DNA from: an uncultured archaeon
GTDB taxonomy: Archaea > Thermoplasmatota > Penumbrarchaeia > JASLWR01
NCBI GenBank assembly: GCA_964430885.1
Contig: CAYSHM010000002.1
Span: forward strand, 139,794-159,793
DNA length: 20,000 bases
Direction of reading: 5' to 3'
This document shows, piece after piece, positions 12,685-20,000 of the stretch; the stretch's first letter is position 1, and every line of letters begins with the position of its first letter. Under the pieces are notes generated by a model. The model had not been told where the DNA came from. It did no database searches and saw only the letters and a list, made by a program, of their open reading frames with translations. The translations under genes and the position numbers were made by a program.

Positions 12685-13164
12685 ATGAAATTGATAATAA
12701 ACGGGTGGAGACAGCATCTGACCTTTTCAGCTTGTCATTTTATTCCTCAGCACCAACTCTGTGAAAGACTTCATGGGCACACTTACGGTGTTCATCTGGA
12801 ATTGGATGGTGAAACTGCAGAAGACGGGATGCTAGTTGATTTCAAATATGTGAAGCAGATTCTAAAGGCGATGATCGATGAACTAGATCACAGGATCATT
12901 ATCCCCCAAAAAAATAAGCACATAGAGATGTCGAACATTGGAGACCAAGGTGAAATTGAAATCCGGGTCTGCGGGAAAAGGTATGTCATACCAAGCTCGG
13001 ACATTGTAATTCTGGATATACGCAGTTCTTCAGCCGAGGATTTGGCAGATTTTATTGTCTCAGGAATGTGGTCGGAACTAGAACATAGAAAAAATTTAAC
13101 CAGTCTATCAATAGGCGTTGATGAAGGACCCGGGCAGGGAGCTTGGAGTACAAGAACCAGATAA
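12685..13164 (+). CDS. queD: 6-carboxy-5,6,7,8-tetrahydropterin synthase-like protein (QueD / PTPS family)
   Basis: MKLIINGWRQHLTFSACHFIPQHQLCERLHGHTYGVHLELDG contains the FSA.H and C-x3-HGH signatures of QueD. The downstream gene is queC. The track starts at 12628; ATG 12685 is preferred because GGAAGG lies at 12673..12678 with 6-nt spacing. Confidence 0.9.
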   Translation: MKLIINGWRQHLTFSACHFIPQHQLCERLHGHTYGVHLELDGETAEDGMLVDFKYVKQILKAMIDELDHRIIIPQKNKHIEMSNIGDQGEIEIRVCGKRYVIPSSDIVILDIRSSSAEDLADFIVSGMWSELEHRKNLTSLSIGVDEGPGQGAWSTRTR

Positions 13165-13182
13165 GACAGAGGGGGTGGAAAT

Positions 13183-13896
13183 TTGGCAGATTCGGAATCA
13201 AGAGAGCAGAAGAGAGCAGTAGTGGTACTGAGCGGGGGTTTGGATTCATCCACTGCCTGCGCTGTTGCATGTAGAGATAATGATGAGGTATTCGGATTAA
13301 CCTTTGACTATGGGCAGACGCTTCAAAGGGAGATATATTATGCTGAGAGGTTAGCTGAATATTTCGACCTGATAGAACATAAGATTTTCCGGGTCGATTT
13401 GACCCGGATAGGGGGCAGTGCATTAACAGATCAGAGCATCGATATTCCCGGTTCAAGCAGAGGAGAAAATCCTGAAACCCATAGTTCCATACCCGTCACA
13501 TATGTTCCAGCGAGGAACACGATCTTTCTTTCCATTGCTCTTGCCTGGGCCGAGATCTTGGATGCAGGATCTATCTACATAGGGGTTACTGCAGTTGATT
13601 ACAGCGGATATCCCGACTGCCGGCCTGAATACATTGAAGCTTTTCAGAATCTTGCGGATCTTGCGACAAAAAGAGGCGTAGAGGGCAATCCAATTAAGAT
13701 AGTCACACCACTGCTTCACAGGTCTAAATCTCAGATAATAAGGAAGGGATTGGATCTCGGAGTTCCCTATGAATTAACCTGGAGCTGTTACAAAGAGGGT
13801 GTTCAGCCTTGCAGAGTGTGCGAGAGCTGTGTTCTCAGGGAAAACGGTTTCGAGGAATTGGGTATGAAAGACCCATTAGTGGAAAGAACCCACTGA
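13183..13896 (+). CDS. queC: 7-cyano-7-deazaguanine (preQ0) synthase
   Basis: VVVLSGGLDSSTACAVA PP-loop, FDYGQ, YVPARNTIFLSIALAWAE, IYIGVTAVDYSGYPDCRPEYIEAF, and the C-terminal zinc motif CRVCESCVLRENGFEELG. Starts with TTG at 13183 after a GAGGGGGTGG stretch, 18 nt downstream of queD. Confidence 0.96.
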   Translation: MADSESREQKRAVVVLSGGLDSSTACAVACRDNDEVFGLTFDYGQTLQREIYYAERLAEYFDLIEHKIFRVDLTRIGGSALTDQSIDIPGSSRGENPETHSSIPVTYVPARNTIFLSIALAWAEILDAGSIYIGVTAVDYSGYPDCRPEYIEAFQNLADLATKRGVEGNPIKIVTPLLHRSKSQIIRKGLDLGVPYELTWSCYKEGVQPCRVCESCVLRENGFEELGMKDPLVERTH

Positions 13897-13943
13897 ATGG
13901 AATGTCGATATCAGAGTAATATTTCTATAAAAATAGATTTCAA

Positions 13944-15563
13944 TTATTGGGTCCAGCGTATGTGGTAATCACCTTCATCCATTGTTTCAATCCATGAATA
14001 TCTTGTACATATCTCTATATCATAATCATTCCCGTTGTCCTGAATGGCCCCCCTGAGCGGATGTGTCTGGTCCCCTGCCTCCAGCATATCAATGATCACT
14101 TGGAAGGTTCCGTTATTATCTGAATTCCCGTAGCTCCATGACAGATCTATGTTGCCGTTTGAACCCTCATCATCATTCAGTAGTTCACCCCCCGGTCCCA
14201 TAATGCTGGCACCCATACTATCTGGCTGATTCGAGTAATCAATTATTAGGGCCCCTTCGTCCGGTTCGTCAGTCCATGTCAATTTGAGGCTTATATCAAT
14301 GATATTTCCAGTGGGAGGGATTAGTTCAATAATTAGATTTTCCCCCTCCCCGAGATAACCGCTGTCAGTAATGTTAAGATAATCGAATCTTTCAATGGCG
14401 AGGTTTTCTATCCTTCGGTCCTTAATGCGCTCAGGATCGGATGTGGCAAATATTGCACCTATAGGGATCATTGCTATGCAGAAAATGGATGTGACTGCAA
14501 CGGTGAACAATATGGGATTTTTCAACTTTCTTCCTCTATCTCTTATGTTCACAAATCTTGCAAACCTCTCCCAAGCACTTCTCCCCTCCCGATCCTTCTC
14601 TCTTGCCTCCCTGCACCAGAACTTTTTATGAATGAAGTAGAAAATCGGTAGCATTAGGGCCAAGGTTATGATGGTGTTTATGGTATCCAGCATGCCGAAG
14701 GTCTCTGCCGAGGCACCTATGACTGAATCGGTATAGGCCCCCTTTATCTGGTAAAGTGTTAGATACCAATCCCATAATCCATGGATTATAATTCCCAAGA
14801 CAATATTCCGTGACCAATGGTAAATGATTGAGAAGAAACCACCCATTATCACAAGGACCACCATGTACCAAGCGATCACTTTCCAGGGCAAATCATAGAC
14901 CAGTATGGATATGGGCAGGTGTCCAATAGCAAATAGCACAGCTGAGAACAATATTGCATGTCCTATGGAAAATGCCCTGCTGGTTTGGTCCTGTAGAAAA
15001 CCCCTGGAAAAAATTTCTTCTGCCGGCCCCGTTCCTATCATGTAGGAAAATAAGGTAGCTATTACCAACCCCCATCCTACCGTATCCCATCCCATTACCA
15101 GACTGAAATCGGTACCCATGCCCCTTATCCACATATGTCCTACATAGACAAATGAAGCTACTACAAAGAATATCAGTCCGCCGATACAACCCCAAACAAC
15201 CGATGAGAATAGATTCTTTTTAGTGAATCTGAATGGGCTTCCTTTCTCCTTAAATATATACAACCATATCAATAGGACCGGCCCCAGCTGGAGAACGGGT
15301 TTGGCGATCATGCTGACCCAATAGTTCATCTCCCTGCCGTTCTCGGGATTGGTGAAGAAATCCATGGAACCGGTTAGATATCTGTAGAAACCCCAAATAA
15401 TTATCTTTACAATGAAGACAAGGGTTACCAATCCCAGGAATTTCCATTTATTGTCAATGGGATTTTTACCAACAGGCGGAATCCCGTTCCATCGCGGATC
15501 CTTTACCATTTCTGCCTCGGTCCCGTTATCGGAAGGTTTCTTGAAAAGGTCAGTAAAGCTCAT
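13944..15563 (-). CDS. CPBP-family intramembrane metalloprotease (CAAX/Abi-like) with a C-terminal extracytoplasmic domain
   Basis: Motif 1 is GPAEEIFSRGFLQDQ, then AVLFAIGHLP and GIIHGLWDWYLTLYQ, in a multi-TM core. The last TM (FTVAVTSIFCIAMIPIGAIFA) is followed by a ~160-aa polar segment predicted to be beta-rich. Confidence 0.85.
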   Translation of the reverse strand: MSFTDLFKKPSDNGTEAEMVKDPRWNGIPPVGKNPIDNKWKFLGLVTLVFIVKIIIWGFYRYLTGSMDFFTNPENGREMNYWVSMIAKPVLQLGPVLLIWLYIFKEKGSPFRFTKKNLFSSVVWGCIGGLIFFVVASFVYVGHMWIRGMGTDFSLVMGWDTVGWGLVIATLFSYMIGTGPAEEIFSRGFLQDQTSRAFSIGHAILFSAVLFAIGHLPISILVYDLPWKVIAWYMVVLVIMGGFFSIIYHWSRNIVLGIIIHGLWDWYLTLYQIKGAYTDSVIGASAETFGMLDTINTIITLALMLPIFYFIHKKFWCREAREKDREGRSAWERFARFVNIRDRGRKLKNPILFTVAVTSIFCIAMIPIGAIFATSDPERIKDRRIENLAIERFDYLNITDSGYLGEGENLIIELIPPTGNIIDISLKLTWTDEPDEGALIIDYSNQPDSMGASIMGPGGELLNDDEGSNGNIDLSWSYGNSDNNGTFQVIIDMLEAGDQTHPLRGAIQDNGNDYDIEICTRYSWIETMDEGDYHIRWTQ

Positions 15564-15841
15564 GATTGGACAATTGTCATTTGTTTAATTATTCTTTCCT
15601 TGAATTTATCATCCCAACTTAACGGTAATTCATTTCTGGTTCTTCAGTCACTATGTTTATTTGCCAATCGATGAAATAATTTTCATAGGTCAATGTATGT
15701 AAGATTGCTTATAGTAACAAGATTGTACAATTATACTACCTATAATAATAAGATATTAATAATTACAGGTCCTTGCTGTAACGATTATTAGTTATTTATT
15801 TTGTAAAGATTAATTATTATTAATTAGAAAAGGTGTTTCAG

Positions 15842-18800
15842 ATGAAATATTTCAGATCTGGTTTAAAACAAGTTGCCATGATTAGGTTTCTGCCATTCAT
15901 GGTTGCGTTTTTTTTGTTGCTAACGGGTTTTCCCATATCTTTACTATCAAACCAAAATGATCAATCAAGGGCGTTTGTTGCATCATATGATACAAACCCC
16001 GATCCAGTAAAAGGATGCCGAGGTGCTAATACCATAATTCAGGAGGATGATTTTGACGATGGATGGGGCAATTTTTCTCATTCCATCGGAGGTCAGGGTG
16101 TGATAGTTAGACAAACACAAGCAGATGCGGATTCTCTAGCCTACTCGGGTAATTCAGTTTTCATGTGGGCCGCAAACCGTAATGCTTGGGATTATTCCTA
16201 CATGTGGACAACCGTGAACCTAATCAATACCTCAAAGGTCTACATGGATTTCCAATTTGCACTGGAGGATATTGAGAATCACGAGCATCTGTATATTTGG
16301 CTCGATACGGATGGGGATCCATCAAACGGTTATTCCCATCAAAGATGGCGGGAAGCACCCAAGGGCGCTAATGGAAATAATAATGATTTTACTACCGAAC
16401 CTCAGGATTACCAGTTGGTGACATTTGATCTCTCTAATATAACCAAGACCGCAAATCTGCTGATACTTTTTGAAGGTTTGTTTTATAGGAGCGGTATGCC
16501 AGGAGATATGTTCGCCATTGATGATGTTGTCATAAGAGCGAATTACAAACCTCAATTGACATCCAAGGATGATGTCAACATATCGCCTTCAGTTGTCCAT
16601 ACACTCACTGATGAATTCGCCAAGATCAATGTTACATATCATGATAAGGATGATCATCAAATTGAAGATTTCTCAGTTACTATGGATGTCAGATTGGCAG
16701 ATAACACAACTGTCATTCGATATATGAACAATAAATCCCTTAATGACCCCCTGGTTTCCATTGAGCGAATTGCTCCAATGACATATAATATGAGTATTAT
16801 CTTCGATCCTGCCATTATATATGGTTTTGGATTTGTGGATTTCTTCTTAGTGATATTTGATCCCGACGACCTTCATTTCAGTCTTTACTTCAACTATTTG
16901 AATGATATACTGGAACTGCTGGACCACGAGGTGGTGATTAATGACGCTGACACCAAAGCCTCCCCTGCCCTGCTCAATGTGGAGGCTGATGATCCCTTAG
17001 AGATTGTAGGAACATTTACCGATCTTGATGATCAGCCAATTTCGGATTTCACCTTTGATTTCATTATACGGGACCAAAATTCCGTAGAATATCCTTTGGG
17101 TCCGGAAATTGTAGCGGGAGATGATGACTTCACCTTAATAAAGGAGGATGTTGGCGAATATTCATTCAGTTTATTATTCGAACTCAATTCCTCTTACCCA
17201 TCTTCCCTTTACGATATTTTTGTGGAAATAGACGACGGATACATAGAGATGAACCAGAGCAGTTTCATTGATAATCCCGAAGAACTAGAATTGTTTTCTG
17301 CAGCTGTTTCTGATATCATAATTTCTCCTGAACCTTACAATATCTATCATCAAGAACCACTTTATTTAAATTTCACCGTCACTGAAAATATTGCTCTGAA
17401 CAATAATGGCTTTTCTCTCAGAGAATCCATATTGAATTCAGGGATTAACATCAGTTTGAGAGATTCAGAGAATGAAGAATTGGTTCTTTATTCTCAGAAA
17501 ACAAGGGGAAGAACGAATGCCCCTATACTTCAGAACCTGACAAATGACACATTCCTGATTTCCTTCAAATACGAGGATGCATTCAATCTTTCAAAGGATG
17601 TTTTCGATCTGAAACTCAGCATTTTTAATTCAGAGGCAGTCCTTCTGGAATCCGACTATGAGGATAACGAGGATATACTGACTACATTTTACAATATTGT
17701 CCCAAGGATACTAAATGTGTGGAGTTCCCATGATCTAATAAATATTTACTACAATCCAACAATTATTATAGGTACGGAAATGAGAGATAGGGATATGCCG
17801 GATATCGGAGATCTTTTGTTCAGTCTCGCACTTAGGAACGATGATGGTGGCGAAATAGTGATATTCGATGGCAGCTCATCTGATGTCGATGGATTAGAAT
17901 TCTCAGAATACTTGGATGAGAATGGGACTTTCCTACTGAATTACAGTGTTGATATTGATGGAGGTTTTGAACAGGGATTCTATGATGTGGAGGTTTCAAT
18001 TGAGGACGAGTACGGGATGAAATTCATATCTTCATATTCGGAATCACTGGACCTTTTTGAGCTCTATTACAATGAACCTCCAAATGCACCGAGCAAGTTC
18101 TTACCCAACGAGACCAGCGACAGGAGTCCTTTACTTCATTGGTATGGTGCTTCTGACAGCAGTGTTGCAACTGTGGACCTGACCTACAGCCTAAAGATAG
18201 GGACGGATGAAGGCAGATCAGATATTTTGGATTGGTATGATGTTGGTAAAAATCCCTTTTATACGATAACGGATGTATTGGATTACGGTTTATATTATGT
18301 AGAGGTCATTGCCAATGACGGCCAGGACAATTCTTTGCCTTACAAGGATAGTTTCGGCGTTTTTGCCTTGGCCAATACGCCTCCGTTGCCGCCGAACGAG
18401 ATATCCCCTGATTATTCCTTAGAAACCCTTCCATTGATCACCTGGAAGGGAGCTTCAGATCCTGATGGGGATACAATTAGAAATAATTATCTTCAGATTG
18501 GGACCTATTCCTATGGAGGGGATGTTCTTTCCTGGGTCAATGTGAGATTGGCAACCGAATATCAGATCGTGAATACCCTGCCCCTTGGTAATTATTTTGT
18601 CCAGGTGAAGGTCTCCGACGGAACGGCGATGTCATATGTGCAGCAGGAAATGCTGTACATAATCAGCGAAGGAAATGTTCCGCCCTCACCTCCAACGGAG
18701 ATGTATCCCATCACCACATGGGAAAGGAAACCGACCATAACATGGTCTGGTGCCTATGATTATAATGAAGAGGATACTTTGACATATTCCATTCAGATCG

Positions 18801-20000
18801 GAAGCAGTTCGGGAAAGGGTGACGTGCTCTCATGGATTGACGATATACCGGAAACCAAATATGCGGTCACCAGCGAACTGAACATAGGAGAGTATTGGAT
18901 TCAGATCAAGGCTCACGATGGAGAGCTGTTCTCCAATGTATTTGAACGAAAACTGACCATTACCGAGGTAGGAAACCTTCCGCCCTTGGCAGTAGGAAAT
19001 ATCACACCCACGACCACAACAAATTCCACCCCACTTATTAAATGGAGTCCGTCAACGGACTCTGATGGTGACGAGAAGGACATTACCTATTATATCCAAA
19101 TAGGATTTGCACTGGGTCACGGGGACTTCTTATCATGGTATACCACCAAGGATAAAACCGAATATCAGATATCTAAGGAACTATCACCCAATAGAAAATA
19201 CTTTGTTCAGGTCAAGGCTTTTGACGGGGAATCATTTTCTTCAGTTGAATACGGCACACTGGAATTACTTGTTTATCTATCCGAAATATCTTTCCAGGGT
19301 AACATTACTTCGGTTGGAGTATACAAGGAGGAAGTCTATACCTTTGACCTGTTGCTCCTAGGAAGGGGGACCGCCGGTTTCGATGTGGACCTGAAGATCG
19401 AAACATCGGAGGAATTGAGTGAATTTGTAAATCTTTCAATTTACAATATATTCCTTTCACCGGGTGATAAGGTAGTAATAATACTTGCCTTGAATATACC
19501 TGCAAGCTCAGATATTACTGGCAATTTCAGCGTACATGCCGTATCAGATTCACCATTTTACTCCGATACCACTGAAGTTCCGCTTACATTAAGTATACTG
19601 AAAAGGGATGAACCGGACCCAACGTTCTTTGAGGATGTCAGTAACGATCCCATGTATATTATTGGATTCATAGCATTGTTGTTATTACTTATCCTTCTGA
19701 TCTTATTGATCGTGATAATAAAGCGGAGGAAGGACCAAGCACCTGAAGAAATAATTGATAGAGATGAAAAGGATCTGGATGGTGTGCCGGAACTGACCTT
19801 TACCCCTATTGCTGAGAAGGGACTTGTGACAAAGACGATAGTGCCGGATTCCGAAAAGATATTGTCCGGGAAATATCTAGCACTAAAAGGAGGAAAAGCT
19901 TCTAAGAAAGTACCTCAGCTTCCGGGAAGTACTGCTGCGGGAGAGAAGAAAAGATTGGCTCTGCCCCAGCATTCAGTGGTTATTGATATGGATTCCCAGC
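15842..20000 (+). CDS. Large secreted/cell-surface protein (partial, no stop before window end): signal peptide, Ig/FN3-like domains, single TM helix, cytoplasmic tail
   Basis: Frame read manually from ATG 15842: MKYFRSGLKQVAMIRFLPFMVAFFLLLTGFPISLLSNQ... It continues without a stop through FN3-like repeats to a TM (YIIGFIALLLLLILLILLIVII) followed by KRRKDQAPEEIIDRDEKD and onward to base 20000. Not in the supplied ORF track. Confidence 0.9.
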   Translation, partial: MKYFRSGLKQVAMIRFLPFMVAFFLLLTGFPISLLSNQNDQSRAFVASYDTNPDPVKGCRGANTIIQEDDFDDGWGNFSHSIGGQGVIVRQTQADADSLAYSGNSVFMWAANRNAWDYSYMWTTVNLINTSKVYMDFQFALEDIENHEHLYIWLDTDGDPSNGYSHQRWREAPKGANGNNNDFTTEPQDYQLVTFDLSNITKTANLLILFEGLFYRSGMPGDMFAIDDVVIRANYKPQLTSKDDVNISPSVVHTLTDEFAKINVTYHDKDDHQIEDFSVTMDVRLADNTTVIRYMNNKSLNDPLVSIERIAPMTYNMSIIFDPAIIYGFGFVDFFLVIFDPDDLHFSLYFNYLNDILELLDHEVVINDADTKASPALLNVEADDPLEIVGTFTDLDDQPISDFTFDFIIRDQNSVEYPLGPEIVAGDDDFTLIKEDVGEYSFSLLFELNSSYPSSLYDIFVEIDDGYIEMNQSSFIDNPEELELFSAAVSDIIISPEPYNIYHQEPLYLNFTVTENIALNNNGFSLRESILNSGINISLRDSENEELVLYSQKTRGRTNAPILQNLTNDTFLISFKYEDAFNLSKDVFDLKLSIFNSEAVLLESDYEDNEDILTTFYNIVPRILNVWSSHDLINIYYNPTIIIGTEMRDRDMPDIGDLLFSLALRNDDGGEIVIFDGSSSDVDGLEFSEYLDENGTFLLNYSVDIDGGFEQGFYDVEVSIEDEYGMKFISSYSESLDLFELYYNEPPNAPSKFLPNETSDRSPLLHWYGASDSSVATVDLTYSLKIGTDEGRSDILDWYDVGKNPFYTITDVLDYGLYYVEVIANDGQDNSLPYKDSFGVFALANTPPLPPNEISPDYSLETLPLITWKGASDPDGDTIRNNYLQIGTYSYGGDVLSWVNVRLATEYQIVNTLPLGNYFVQVKVSDGTAMSYVQQEMLYIISEGNVPPSPPTEMYPITTWERKPTITWSGAYDYNEEDTLTYSIQIGSSSGKGDVLSWIDDIPETKYAVTSELNIGEYWIQIKAHDGELFSNVFERKLTITEVGNLPPLAVGNITPTTTTNSTPLIKWSPSTDSDGDEKDITYYIQIGFALGHGDFLSWYTTKDKTEYQISKELSPNRKYFVQVKAFDGESFSSVEYGTLELLVYLSEISFQGNITSVGVYKEEVYTFDLLLLGRGTAGFDVDLKIETSEELSEFVNLSIYNIFLSPGDKVVIILALNIPASSDITGNFSVHAVSDSPFYSDTTEVPLTLSILKRDEPDPTFFEDVSNDPMYIIGFIALLLLLILLILLIVIIKRRKDQAPEEIIDRDEKDLDGVPELTFTPIAEKGLVTKTIVPDSEKILSGKYLALKGGKASKKVPQLPGSTAAGEKKRLALPQHSVVIDMDSQ
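18071..19270 (+). repeat. Four tandem ~100-aa FN3-like protein repeats within the large surface protein
   Basis: Units start near 18071, 18374, 18674 and 18974 (303, 300, 300 and ~297 nt). Each follows the shape [N.PP...P...P.....P...W.....D.....(I)TY..QIG......D.LSW......T.Y.I...L..G.Y.(V/I)Q(V)KA.DG]. They are divergent at the DNA level. Confidence 0.8.

Noticed and set aside
18071-19270. Possible DNA-level tandem repeat, CRISPR or satellite in the ~300-nt periodic region
   Set aside because: The periodicity is a protein-domain repeat. The nucleotide sequence is diverged, the units are far longer than CRISPR repeats, and no short identical repeats or spacers are present.
16322-19505. ORFs 16322..16555 (-), 19107..19361 (+) and 19305..19505 (-)
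   Set aside because: They overlap the continuous frame of the large surface protein in other frames and are shadow ORFs.

Overview
This looks like an ordinary archaeal chromosomal window, probably from the Thermoplasmata; that lineage call is inference from gene content and rRNA organisation. On the + strand it carries S-adenosylhomocysteine hydrolase, a SagB-type nitroreductase, a DUF362/2x[4Fe-4S] protein, a bacterioopsin-activator-like HTH regulator, and a queD-queC pair for 7-deazaguanine/archaeosine precursor synthesis. On the - strand it carries an EamA/DMT transporter, a MacB/FtsX-type ABC exporter pair, a 23S-5S rRNA unit with no 16S in the window, and a CPBP-family membrane protease with a C-terminal extracytoplasmic domain. 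The last ~4.2 kb (15842 to the window end, +) is one continuous open frame that the ORF track omits. It encodes a large surface protein with a signal peptide, four tandem ~100-aa FN3-like repeats, a single TM helix and a cytoplasmic tail. A second partial ORF (432..1, -) is also absent from the track. Two structural signals sit outside the annotated genes: a perfect 14-bp inverted repeat bracketing the 23S gene, which is the probable processing stem, and a 9-bp inverted repeat bracketing the 5S gene. I found no CRISPR array, mobile element, RT, toxin-antitoxin or defence-like cluster. The evidence does not support a dramatic new system here.
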